This document shows positions 10,318-19,153 of a stretch of DNA of 64,000 nucleotides, piece by piece. A program made the position numbers and the translations under genes. The notes below the pieces were generated by a model. It saw only the letters and a program-made list of their open reading frames with translations, did no database searches and was not told where the DNA came from. Position 1 is the first letter of the stretch. Every line of letters begins with the position of its first letter. Source of the DNA: an uncultured Collinsella sp. (GTDB taxonomy: Bacteria; Actinomycetota; Coriobacteriia; Coriobacteriales; Coriobacteriaceae); the NCBI GenBank assembly GCA_958435945.1, contig CAUBIC010000010.1, positions 1,967-65,966 of the forward strand, written 5' to 3'.

Positions 10318-10390
10318 GTTGCGGTGAAATAGTTCCTAAATAGCCCTTTAGACAGGTCGAACAAGAACTATTCCACCGCAACTTCTTTTT
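10318..10390. repeat. palindromic element AGTTGCGGTG(A/G)AATAGTTC...GAACTATTCCACCGCAACT with T-tract; copy 1 of a dispersed family and probably the terminator of the aminopeptidase gene
   Basis: 19-bp arms with one mismatch, followed by TCTTTTTTGG. The same arms recur at 49811-49878. Confidence 0.75.
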
Positions 10391-10406
10391 TGGCAGAGGA
10401 GAATCC

Positions 10407-11216
10407 GTGTTGCAGGTCATCATTTCGCCCGCCAAGCAAATGCGCGCGGCCCAAGATGCTTTTGAAGTCCTGGGCATTCCACCCTTTGTGCGCGAGACGG
10501 CTCGCCTCCACCGCGCACTGCTAGATATCGAGCGGAATGAAGGCAGCGCCGGCCTGCAGGCGCTGTGGAACGTGAGCGACAGGCTGCTCACAACGTGTCT
10601 GGATACGCTTCACGAATTTATGCCCGTCCTGAGCGATACCGACCTCGCAGATCCCGATATCGCGCGTCGAATCTCCCCCGCCGTCATGTCCTATCACGGC
10701 ATTCAATACCAGAGCATGGCACCCGAGGTGATGGATGCCGCGCAGCTCGACTGGCTGCAAAACCATCTCTGGATCCTCTCGGGACTCTACGGATGCGTGC
10801 GCCCCTTCCACGGCGTGTCTCCCTATCGGCTCGAAATGGGGGCGAAGCTCGCCGTCGACGGCGCTCGCGACCTCTATGCCTTCTGGGGGAATCGACTTGC
10901 GCAGGTAATTGCGCCGGCCGGTTCCGACACCACTATCGTCAACCTTGCCAGCGTGGAATACGCCAAAGCTGTCCTGCCCCATGCTGCACAGGATACAACG
11001 GTTATCACCTGCTTTTTTGGCGAAGGCGTCCGCAACGATAAGCCCATCCAACGATCGACCGCCAGCAAAAAGGCACGCGGTTCGATGGTCCGCTGGATGG
11101 CGGAAAACAAGGTCGAGGACGCCGCCGGTCTTACCGAGTTCAACCTTGGCTACCGCTATGTCCCCGAGCTCTCGTCCCCAGATAGCCTGGTCTTCATCAA
11201 CGAGCAGGCATTCTAA
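10407..11216 (+). CDS. yaaA: YaaA-family peroxide stress protein (DUF328/UPF0246)
   Basis: GTG start after AGAGGAG. (V)LQVIISPAKQM is the conserved YaaA N-terminus. Confidence 0.85.
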   Translation: MLQVIISPAKQMRAAQDAFEVLGIPPFVRETARLHRALLDIERNEGSAGLQALWNVSDRLLTTCLDTLHEFMPVLSDTDLADPDIARRISPAVMSYHGIQYQSMAPEVMDAAQLDWLQNHLWILSGLYGCVRPFHGVSPYRLEMGAKLAVDGARDLYAFWGNRLAQVIAPAGSDTTIVNLASVEYAKAVLPHAAQDTTVITCFFGEGVRNDKPIQRSTASKKARGSMVRWMAENKVEDAAGLTEFNLGYRYVPELSSPDSLVFINEQAF

Positions 11217-11279
11217 ATGCCTGTCGCCAGCGCCGAACTCCACCTCGGCATGCTTTCATGATATTCGGTGAACATCCCG

Positions 11280-11801
11280 CTATTCCGCCAAGCCGTCTGC
11301 CTTGGCAATCTCGCTTGTCGAGCCGTCCTGATAGGTAATCTTGACATGCTCCACATCGGACGCCTTGACGCCCGACGGGGGCTCCAGGCGCCATTCCGTC
11401 AGGGCGATATCCATGGTCGTGGGCACATCTCCTTGATCTTTGAGCTTCACCGTCAGCGTTTTGAGCGCCGCGTCAAACGTCACGCGTTCGATTTCTTCGC
11501 CTGGAATGGACCCACCACTCAGCTGCAACTGCACAAACTCATCGCGCGGGTACCAATAATCGCCCGGAATGGCGAGCGTATTGGCATTACCGCCAGTACT
11601 CCTCACCGTCATAATCGGTAGGCTATCATCGGCCTCAAACTCCCAGGCAGTGCCGCCGCGACCACCAAACGTCCAGATACAAACGGCAATCACCAGCACG
11701 GCAAGCACCGCAAAACCAATCGCGACAAGGCCATGGTGCGCACGGCCCTCCTCGGCCGACACGTCCCACTGCGTCTCCCGATACAGATGCTTGTCTTTCA
11801 T
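11280..11801 (-). CDS. hypothetical single-pass membrane protein
   Basis: GGGGAGG RBS, one N-terminal TM helix (LVAIGFAVLAVLVIAVCIWTF) and an extracytoplasmic domain. I recognise no family. Confidence 0.6.
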   Translation of the reverse strand: MKDKHLYRETQWDVSAEEGRAHHGLVAIGFAVLAVLVIAVCIWTFGGRGGTAWEFEADDSLPIMTVRSTGGNANTLAIPGDYWYPRDEFVQLQLSGGSIPGEEIERVTFDAALKTLTVKLKDQGDVPTTMDIALTEWRLEPPSGVKASDVEHVKITYQDGSTSEIAKADGLAE

Positions 11802-11869
11802 GTTCGCCTCCCCACGGGCATGCTCATCGCGTCAATCGTACCCATTCGAGCTATACTTGAGCCCACCAC

Positions 11870-11966
11870 ATAAACGGGGAGCTTGCAGGACAAGACGGCA
11901 GGCTGAGACTGGGCGCGCCCGCCCTGACCCGCAAACCTGATATGGGTAATGCCAACGAAGGGAGCC
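11870..11966 (+). promoter_or_regulatory. TPP (THI-box) riboswitch controlling thiC
   Basis: ACGGGGAGC...GGCTGAGA...ACCCGCAAACCTGATATGGGTAATGCCAACGAAGGGAG matches the conserved CUGAGA and ACCUGAU..GGUAAUGCCA.CG.AGGGA cores. The 3' end overlaps the thiC SD (GAAGGGAG). A candidate -10 (TATACT) lies at 11852-11857. Confidence 0.85.
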
Positions 11967-11972
11967 GTGCCA

Positions 11973-13307
11973 ATGAGCACACAAACCGAGCCCACGCTCG
12001 TCACGCAAATCGACTTCGCCCGCGCCGGGCAGATCACACCGCAGATGAAGGAGGTCGCCGAGCGCGAGCATCGCGACCCCGAGTACATCCGCGAGCGCGT
12101 GGCCGACGGCCGCATCGCCATCCCCGCCAACATCGTGCATATCAAAAAGGGCATGCGCGCCTTTGGTGTCGGTGAGGGCCTGTCCACCAAGGTCAATGTC
12201 AACCTGGGCATCTCGGGCGACAAGGCCGATGCCGCCGAGGAATGGAAGAAGGTCAAGATTGCCGAGGACTACGGCGCCGACGCCATCATGGACCTCTCCA
12301 ACTCGGGCAAGACGCGCCAGTTCCGCCAGCAGCTCATCGACGAGACACCGCTCATGGTGGGCACCGTCCCCATGTACGACGCCATCGGCTACATGGAAAA
12401 GCCGCTGGTCAAGCTCACCAAGGACGACCTGTTCGAAGTCGTGCGCGCGCACGCCGAGGACGGCGTGGACTTTATGACCATCCACTGCGGCATCAACAAG
12501 TCGGTCACCAAGACCTTTAAAGAGACCGGCCGTCTCATGAACATCGTCAGCCGTGGCGGCTCGCTGCTGTTTGGCTGGATGGAGGTCACCGGCAACGAAA
12601 ACCCCTTCTACGAGTACTTTGACGAGCTGCTCGAAATCTGCCACGAGTACGACGTGACGATTTCGCTCGGCGACTCCTGCCGCCCGGGCTGCCTCTACGA
12701 CTCCAACGACGCCACCGAGACCGCCGAGATGATCGAGCTGGGCAAGCTGTGCAAGCGCGCTTGGGCCGCCGGCGTCCAGGTCATGGTCGAGGGTCCGGGT
12801 CACATGGCGCTCGACGAGATCGCCGCCAATATGAAACTGCAGAAGCGCCTGTGCCACAACGCCCCGTTCTATGTGCTCGGGCCGCTGGTGACCGATATCG
12901 GAGTGGGCTACGACCACATCACCGCCGCCATCGGCGGCGCCATCTCCGCCAGCTCCGGAGCCGACTTCCTGTGCTACGTGACGCCGGCCGAGCACCTGTG
13001 CCTGCCCAACGCCCAGGACGTGCTCGACGGCCTCATGGCCACCAAGATCGCCGCACACGCCGCCGACATCGCCAAAAAGGTGCCCCACGCCCGCGACATG
13101 GACGACAAGATGGGCCAGGCACGCCGCAAGCTCGACTGGGACGCCATGTGGAAGTGCGCTCTCGACCCGGTCACCGGTAAGAAGCGCTACGAGGAATCCC
13201 CCGCTGCCACCGAGGGCACCTGCACCATGTGCGGCAAGATGTGCGCCGTCCGCACCGTCAACAAGGTGTTCGAGGGTACGACGATCGATCTCGGCATGGA
13301 GGACTAG
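11973..13307 (+). CDS. thiC: phosphomethylpyrimidine synthase
   Basis: Radical-SAM ThiC with the C-terminal CTMCGKMC cluster motif. Start set at the ATG at 11973 (M9 of the track ORF), downstream of the riboswitch SD. Confidence 0.95.
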   Translation: MSTQTEPTLVTQIDFARAGQITPQMKEVAEREHRDPEYIRERVADGRIAIPANIVHIKKGMRAFGVGEGLSTKVNVNLGISGDKADAAEEWKKVKIAEDYGADAIMDLSNSGKTRQFRQQLIDETPLMVGTVPMYDAIGYMEKPLVKLTKDDLFEVVRAHAEDGVDFMTIHCGINKSVTKTFKETGRLMNIVSRGGSLLFGWMEVTGNENPFYEYFDELLEICHEYDVTISLGDSCRPGCLYDSNDATETAEMIELGKLCKRAWAAGVQVMVEGPGHMALDEIAANMKLQKRLCHNAPFYVLGPLVTDIGVGYDHITAAIGGAISASSGADFLCYVTPAEHLCLPNAQDVLDGLMATKIAAHAADIAKKVPHARDMDDKMGQARRKLDWDAMWKCALDPVTGKKRYEESPAATEGTCTMCGKMCAVRTVNKVFEGTTIDLGMED

Positions 13308-13489
13308 CCTTATCGCCGCGATCGCCTATGGGCTCGCCGCAGCACCTGCCAATTGTTAACCTGTGAACATTTGCTTGCATTTGCGTAAAAATTGCATCTC
13401 GCGCCCGGGTTCGGCATATCGCCGGCCTGGGCCTCTTTATAATGCGGGGTAAAAGACCCATTTGAATCCGACCAGACAAGGGAGCGAAC

Positions 13490-14320
13490 ATGGATCGCAG
13501 CAAGGTACCTGCCGTTCTATCCATCGCGGGATCCGATTCCAGCGGTGGCGCCGGCATTCAGGCCGACATCAAGACCATCACGGCGCACCGCCTGTATGCC
13601 GAGACGGCCATCACTGCCATCACAGCGCAAAACACACTGGGCGTTACCGCCGTGCAGAACATCTCTCCGGATATTGTCGCGGCGCAGATCGATGCCGTTT
13701 TTGACGATATTCGACCCAGCGCCGTCAAGATCGGCATGGTTTCCTCTGCCGAGATTATCGAGGTTATCGCCGACCGCTTAAGCGCCTGGGACGCACAAAA
13801 TATCGTCGTCGACCCCGTCATGGTCGCCACCTCGGGTGCTCGCCTCATTGCCGAGGATGCCGCTGAGGCACTCACCCGCCGCCTGTTCCCGCTGGCGACC
13901 GTTATCACGCCCAACATTCCCGAGGCCATGGCGCTGCTCGATTATGAGGTCGATTCCGAGCGCACGCAGCAAAATGCCGCCATGCTTCTCACCCGTCGCT
14001 TTGGCTGCGCGTCTCTCGTTAAGGGCGGGCATTTTGTCAACGAGGCCAACGATGTGCTAGCAGAGCCCGCGCCGCTCGATGACGAGGGCAACCATCTGGG
14101 CGATCCGCTCACCACGTGGTTCCGCCACAAGCGCATCGAGACCGGCAACACGCACGGTACTGGCTGTACGCTTTCGTCCGCCATCGCCTGCGCGCTGGCC
14201 CAGGGCATGGATCTTGCCGATGCCGTCAACGCCGGCAAGGCCTACCTAACGGGTGCTCTCGCCGCTGGCTTTGACATGGGCAAAGGCTCCGGCCCCGTCA
14301 ACCACATGTGGCAGTACTAA
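13490..14320 (+). CDS. thiD: hydroxymethylpyrimidine/phosphomethylpyrimidine kinase
   Basis: VLSIAGSDSSGGAGIQADIKT and HGTGCTLSSAIA are ThiD motifs. Confidence 0.9.
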   Translation: MDRSKVPAVLSIAGSDSSGGAGIQADIKTITAHRLYAETAITAITAQNTLGVTAVQNISPDIVAAQIDAVFDDIRPSAVKIGMVSSAEIIEVIADRLSAWDAQNIVVDPVMVATSGARLIAEDAAEALTRRLFPLATVITPNIPEAMALLDYEVDSERTQQNAAMLLTRRFGCASLVKGGHFVNEANDVLAEPAPLDDEGNHLGDPLTTWFRHKRIETGNTHGTGCTLSSAIACALAQGMDLADAVNAGKAYLTGALAAGFDMGKGSGPVNHMWQY

Positions 14321-14336
14321 GATTCGCAGCCCAAAA

Positions 14337-14369
14337 CCACCGCAAAGGGGACAGGCACCTTTGTGGCGG
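14337..14369 (+). terminator. stem-loop after thiD
   Basis: CCACCGCAAAGG / CCTTTGTGGCGG imperfect stem. Confidence 0.4.
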
Positions 14370-14380
14370 TTCCCACAAAC

Positions 14381-14598
14381 ATCTCGATCTGTAACAGTTA
14401 GAGTCCATTTTTCGGCCCACCTGTTACAGATTGAGACATTCAAATTCCGCTGAGAAGAAAATCTCGATCTGTAACAGTAACTCGGCAAAATCGACCCTAG
14501 ATGTTACAGATCGAGACAAACGACCGATATCGACCTAAATAATCTCAATCTGTAACATCTAGCCCGTTTTCGGCCTTACAGCTGTTGCAGATCAAGAC
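14381..14598. repeat. three tandem ~80-bp units, each a 17-bp inverted repeat (ATCTCGATCTGTAACAG / CTGTTACAGATCGAGAC) around a ~23-nt loop (BIME/REP-like array)
   Basis: Units start at 14381, 14461 and 14542, and the arms are near-identical between units. The array lies between the convergent genes thiD and the SGNH hydrolase. Confidence 0.8.
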
Positions 14599-14652
14599 AA
14601 ACCAACGAAACAAGCCACCGCAAGGGGAACTTTTGTACTGCTTTGGGCCGTA

Positions 14653-15312
14653 CTACTCTCCGATCATCTCTTTAAGCTTGGCTGCCACGGCATGGCCGAG
14701 GCTCTCGTGGCTTTCCGGCATCATGTGCAGATAATCGATATCGCCCGGCTCGGCAAAATCGGCGGCATTCAAAAAGTCGCAGCCAAACTGTTCGGCAACA
14801 TACGCATAGTATTCGGCAAAATGCTCCGAGGCCTCGACGGAGTGCTCGTCAAAGTCGGTCATATACACATCGGCGATCTGCGGCTTGATCTTGATAGGAG
14901 CCATCAGCAGAATGCGCGGACAAGGCGCAGCGTCGGTCCAGGGAAACGCGCGGACGGTGCGAATCAGCGCCATGGCACCGTCAGCGATATCGGCAGCCCC
15001 CACGCTAAAGACCGTCTTGCAGTCGTTGGTGCCCAGCATAATCACGATCGCGTCCAGCGGCTTATGGGACTCGAGCAGCATCGGCAACGCGCGGATGCCG
15101 TTGAGATTGGTGTCCAGATGGCACATGTCGTCGCGCACCGTCGTGCGGCCGTTTAGGCCTTCCTCAATCACGTGCCAGCCCTCGCCCAGGTCGCGCTGGG
15201 CCACGCCGCACCAGCGCACATCGTGCGCATAGCGCACCGCGGTGCCGTCGCGCATGCCCGCCGGATCATAGCCATAGGTATTGCTGTCGCCAAAGCACAG
15301 AACGTTTTTCAT
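14653..15312 (-). CDS. SGNH/GDSL-family hydrolase
   Basis: N-terminal CFGDSNTYG block I, plus LGTND and a C-terminal DxxH-like block. RBS is GAGGAAGGG. Confidence 0.85.
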   Translation of the reverse strand: MKNVLCFGDSNTYGYDPAGMRDGTAVRYAHDVRWCGVAQRDLGEGWHVIEEGLNGRTTVRDDMCHLDTNLNGIRALPMLLESHKPLDAIVIMLGTNDCKTVFSVGAADIADGAMALIRTVRAFPWTDAAPCPRILLMAPIKIKPQIADVYMTDFDEHSVEASEHFAEYYAYVAEQFGCDFLNAADFAEPGDIDYLHMMPESHESLGHAVAAKLKEMIGE

Positions 15313-15330
15313 CGTAAGCCCTTCCTCTAG

Positions 15331-15363
15331 TAAAAAGCCGGCGGGAGCAGTCTCTCCTGCCGG
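15331..15363 (-). terminator. rho-independent terminator of the PARG-like gene
   Basis: CCGGCAGGAG...CTCCCGCCGG stem followed by CTTTTTAC on the minus strand. Confidence 0.55.
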
Positions 15364-15390
15364 ATCGACCTATCTGTCAGCACATACCGA

Positions 15391-16533
15391 TTACAGGTAT
15401 TTGCGCCAGTCGTCGTCATCCTCATCGTCCTCAGCAGCGGCCTGAGCCTGCTCGGCGGCACGGGCGGCCGCGGCGCGGGCGGCCACCTGAGCATAGGACT
15501 CCTCGTTACACTCGGGGAAGCTTGCCAACACGTGCTCAAACTTGGCGAAGTCCTCATCCCAGCGCGTAGAGGGCACGGCAAAAAACACCTGCTTGACCTT
15601 GAAGTCGCCCGACGCAAGCTCCTTGCGGAAGAGCTCAGCCACGGCCTCGGCGTCAAAGCCGTTGTTGTCGCAGCCCCAAGCGCCCAGCACGAGCTTCTCG
15701 CGACCTAGCTCATCGCAGATGGCAAGCACAAAGCGGATGCGATCGCGCAGGGCATCCAGCAAGGCATCGTCACCCACGCGATACTCCTGGCGAGCGCGCT
15801 TGGCGTTGGGCGCGGCGGCAACGATCACGTCAGCATATGCATGTACGTGATTGCGGTCGAAGCGCACCGCAGGCACCACCAGCGCACGGTTGCGGTAAAG
15901 CTCGCAGTTGATGTTGCGACGACGGTTCTCGCCGTACCATTTGCGCTGCTTATCGAGCACGTTGTACAGGTACGAATCGGCACAGAGCGTGGCCTCCTGG
16001 CCCAGATAGCCCTGGATGTAGCCACCGCCCGGGTTGGTGAACGAGGCAAAGGCAAGCACGGCCATGTCACAGAACTGCGCGTAGCCTCGGCCGTTATCCA
16101 GAATGGCCTGCGTGGCAGAGGCGTCGAGCACGGTGACCTCGGGCAGGACCGGAGCGGGCTTTTCGGCGGCAGGCGCGGACTCGGCCTCCGTGGCCTCCTC
16201 GGCGGGTGCAAGCTCGGCCGCAACCTCGGTCTCGGCGGATGCAACCTCGGCGGCCTCGACCTCGGGCTCCTCGGCGGCCTCAGACTCCTCAGCAACCTGT
16301 TCCTCGGCAGCGTCGGCCGCTTGGGCCTTGGCCTTCATCGCCGCGACAAATCCGGCAGGCATACCATCGAACTCGCGCACGCCGGCAATCGAACGCTCGA
16401 TGTCCTTGGCGCAGGCCTCGGACACAGCCACCACATGGCGCTCGGCGGCCTTGGCACGCGCCTCGCGCTTGGGATTGGGCTGACCCGCTCGGTTAGACCT
16501 GCGGTTACGGTTCCTGTTGTCGACATCTGCCAT
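15391..16533 (-). CDS. TIGR02452/DUF2263 (microbial-type PARG, macrodomain) protein with acidic low-complexity N-terminal region
   Basis: LAFASFTNPGGGYIQGYLGQEATLC and VLGAWGCD match the family blocks NFAS..PGGG..QEE and LGAWGCG. Residues about 70-125 are Ala/Glu-rich. Confidence 0.8.
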   Translation of the reverse strand: MADVDNRNRNRRSNRAGQPNPKREARAKAAERHVVAVSEACAKDIERSIAGVREFDGMPAGFVAAMKAKAQAADAAEEQVAEESEAAEEPEVEAAEVASAETEVAAELAPAEEATEAESAPAAEKPAPVLPEVTVLDASATQAILDNGRGYAQFCDMAVLAFASFTNPGGGYIQGYLGQEATLCADSYLYNVLDKQRKWYGENRRRNINCELYRNRALVVPAVRFDRNHVHAYADVIVAAAPNAKRARQEYRVGDDALLDALRDRIRFVLAICDELGREKLVLGAWGCDNNGFDAEAVAELFRKELASGDFKVKQVFFAVPSTRWDEDFAKFEHVLASFPECNEESYAQVAARAAAARAAEQAQAAAEDDEDDDDWRKYL

Positions 16534-16598
16534 TCGTGGCCACCTTTCCTGTCGCTGCCGCTATCGGCTTTTTCCCATCCATCATACCCCGCCGCGCA

Positions 16599-16624
16599 CA
16601 AAAAAGACGGCCCCGAAGGACCGC
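16599..16624 (-). terminator. rho-independent terminator of the BI-1 gene
   Basis: On the minus strand: CGGTCC-TTCG-GGGCCG (UUCG tetraloop) followed by TCTTTTTTG. Confidence 0.7.
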
Positions 16625-16674
16625 CTTTCGCATCGTTTTACCGTGTCCGGCAGGAAGCGTCGCAATGCCGCGCT

Positions 16675-17370
16675 TTAATCGCGACGACCAAGGATATTCA
16701 GGATGCGCAGGAACACGTTGATGATGTCCACGAACAGGTTGGATGCCATGAGCACGGCGTTGGGCAGCGTGGGCGGCACCGTCGTGGCCACATAGGTGTC
16801 ATAGCCAATAAAGCCGGCGAACACCACGATCACGATCAGGTCGGTGATGGACTGCGAGACGCCCATGAACATCAGCACGATCTCGACCAGAATCGTGGCA
16901 AGTAGGATGCCAAAACCAATGCCGTACACACGCTGGAAGAACTTGGGAAAGGTCACGCCCAGCGCACCAAAGACAAAGGTGATGGCGGCCGTGGCGATAA
17001 AGGCGGTGTTAATGGTAGGCAGGTCGTAGTTGGCAAGGCCAAACGACGCCGTCAGGCCAAAGGTGCTCGCAAAGACCACGTAGCCCACGAGCGACAGGCC
17101 CACGGACTGTTTGCTGGCAGCAGCCGACATCATGACCATGCCGACGATGGTCAAAATAAATGAGCCAAAGACCAGCGGCAAAGCGGCGCCGCTCATCATC
17201 ATGCGCGCAAACGACATGGTGCTCGTAAAGTAGGCACCGGCGCCCATGGCGCAAAAGCCCAAAAAGATCAGGGCAGACATGACAAGGTTGTACGCGCGCG
17301 GCGACATCTCCTTGGCACGGCTTGCGCCGGTTTCGATGGGGCCGTTCTGATAGCCCTGGATATCGTTCAT
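16675..17370 (-). CDS. Bax inhibitor-1/YccA family membrane protein
   Basis: Seven predicted TM segments and the conserved C-terminal FVDIINVFLRILNILG. Start at the ATG at 17368-17370 after AAGGA. Confidence 0.85.
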   Translation of the reverse strand: MNDIQGYQNGPIETGASRAKEMSPRAYNLVMSALIFLGFCAMGAGAYFTSTMSFARMMMSGAALPLVFGSFILTIVGMVMMSAAASKQSVGLSLVGYVVFASTFGLTASFGLANYDLPTINTAFIATAAITFVFGALGVTFPKFFQRVYGIGFGILLATILVEIVLMFMGVSQSITDLIVIVVFAGFIGYDTYVATTVPPTLPNAVLMASNLFVDIINVFLRILNILGRRD

Positions 17371-17449
17371 ACTTCGTCCTTTCAAAAAGCGCCGCGACGG
17401 CGCCGTAGCTGACAAGTTTCCTGCCATTGTACCCGAACGCCACGCGTTC

Positions 17450-17788
17450 TTACCTGCGACGCTCGCTCTCGAGCGTCCGGTCGAACGCCCACACCCACCA
17501 ACGCATCAGATGAGTCTGCGAGCCATCCGGTCGCTCGCGTGCCTGTTCTTCCAGATACAGTTCGGTCGCATGTCCGCCAAAACGAACCTTATAAGTCGCC
17601 GTACGAATGCCGTGGACCGTCAGGCCAAAACCGGTGGACGAGACAATCTCGTCAATCGTAAAGCAACGACCATCGACCCAGCAGACGGTAACCGGCACGA
17701 CCTGTCCGCCCGCGAGGATGCGAGCCACGACGTCCACATACTGCTTGTGCACGCGTCGAGTTTTACCATCTGTCTGTCGATATTCCAT
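17450..17788 (-). CDS. hypothetical protein (112 aa)
   Basis: The ATG at 17786-17788 is preceded by AGGAGG. No domain recognised. Confidence 0.6.
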   Translation of the reverse strand: MEYRQTDGKTRRVHKQYVDVVARILAGGQVVPVTVCWVDGRCFTIDEIVSSTGFGLTVHGIRTATYKVRFGGHATELYLEEQARERPDGSQTHLMRWWVWAFDRTLESERRR

Positions 17789-18036
17789 GCCTCCTATTAT
17801 CGAACGCATGTTTGCACATTGTAAAGCGAACAGGCTGTGGTTTTGGGATGTTGGGGCGCGCACGTGTCCTCATGGCGTGCTAGCAAAAAGAACACCCGCG
17901 GTCAACAGGGCAAATATTCAATGTTAGTGCCAAAAAATTCACTTCTCCCATCAGAACTCGGTAAAGAAACCCGCAGGAGGTGATACGATTTATCATGTTT
18001 TTGTAACGTGCCTGCAAACTTCGAGAAAGCCCATAT

Positions 18037-19086
18037 ATGGACGTAACGTTCTCAGCCTTCCTCGGCCAAATTGTGTCGAACCCAGTCCTTGCCGTCACCG
18101 TGATCCTCGCACTCGGCGCTATCTTCGTCAACGGATGGACCGACGCGCCCAACGCCATCGCGACCTGTGTCACCACGCGCTGCATGCCCGCCCGCGCCGC
18201 CATTCTCATGAGCGCCGCATTCAACTTCCTCGGCGTGCTCATCATGACGCACTTTAACGCGAGCGTCGCCAACACCATCTCACATATCGTCGACTTTGGC
18301 GGAAACAGCACCATGGCGCTCGCATGCCTCTGCGCGGCGCTGTTCTCCATCGTCGTCTACGGCGCCACGGCATCGCGTTTTGGCATCCCTACCTCGCAAA
18401 GCCACAGCCTTATCGCCGGCCTGACCGGTGCCGCAATCGCCCTCGGCGGCGCGAGCAGCGTCAACGTCCACGAGTGGATGAAGGTCATCTACGGCTTGGC
18501 GCTCTCCATCGGCCTGGGCTTTGTCATGGGCTGGGTCCTGTGCAAGCTCGTCTCGATTCTTTTCGCCGCCGCCAACAGGCGACGTGCCAACGTCTTCTTT
18601 AAATACGCTCAGATCGCGAGCGCTGCGGCCATGAGCTTCATGCACGGCGCGCAGGATGGACAGAAGTTCATCGGCGTGCTCTTTTTAGGAGTGGCCTTCG
18701 CCAGCGGCCAGACGAGCGTCGGCGATGCCGGCATCCCCATCTGGATTATGCTGCTGTGCTCGGCCACTATGGGTATCGGCACCAGCGTGGGCGGTGAGCG
18801 CATCATCAAGTCTGTCGGTCAGAGCATGGTCAAGCTCGAAAAGTACCAGGGCTTCTCCGCCGACCTGGCGGGCGCCGCGAACCTGCTACTTGCCACCCTT
18901 ACCGGCATCCCCGTATCCTCCACCCACATCAAAACCTGCGCCATTATGGGTGTCGGCGCCGTCAAGCGCCTCTCGGCCATCAACTTCGGCGTGGTCAAGG
19001 ACATGATGTTCACGTGGTTCTTCACCTTCCCCGCTTGTGGACTCATCAGCTTTGTCATGGCCAAGCTGTTCATGATGTTCATCTAG
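18037..19086 (+). CDS. inorganic phosphate transporter, PiT (PHO4) family
   Basis: NGWTDAPNAIAT and GIPVSSTH are duplicated PiT signature motifs. Multi-TM protein. Confidence 0.9.
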   Translation: MDVTFSAFLGQIVSNPVLAVTVILALGAIFVNGWTDAPNAIATCVTTRCMPARAAILMSAAFNFLGVLIMTHFNASVANTISHIVDFGGNSTMALACLCAALFSIVVYGATASRFGIPTSQSHSLIAGLTGAAIALGGASSVNVHEWMKVIYGLALSIGLGFVMGWVLCKLVSILFAAANRRRANVFFKYAQIASAAAMSFMHGAQDGQKFIGVLFLGVAFASGQTSVGDAGIPIWIMLLCSATMGIGTSVGGERIIKSVGQSMVKLEKYQGFSADLAGAANLLLATLTGIPVSSTHIKTCAIMGVGAVKRLSAINFGVVKDMMFTWFFTFPACGLISFVMAKLFMMFI

Positions 19087-19153
19087 TCAAACCGAACGGC
19101 CATCCGGACCGCAATACCTCGCCCACCCGTCTTCGCCTCGAAAGGACCCACTC

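Noticed and set aside
13308-13489. Second TPP riboswitch upstream of thiD.
   Set aside because: No CUGAGA core and no ACCUGAU...GCCA...GGGA core on either strand. Only a possible TATAAT -10 at about 13438-13443.
14381-14598. Possible CRISPR array (regularly spaced repeats with unique intervening sequence).
   Set aside because: The repeats alternate as inverted pairs that form hairpins, rather than identical direct repeats. There are only three units, the repeat arms are 17 nt, no cas genes are nearby, and the spacing fits palindromic-unit (REP/BIME-like) architecture.
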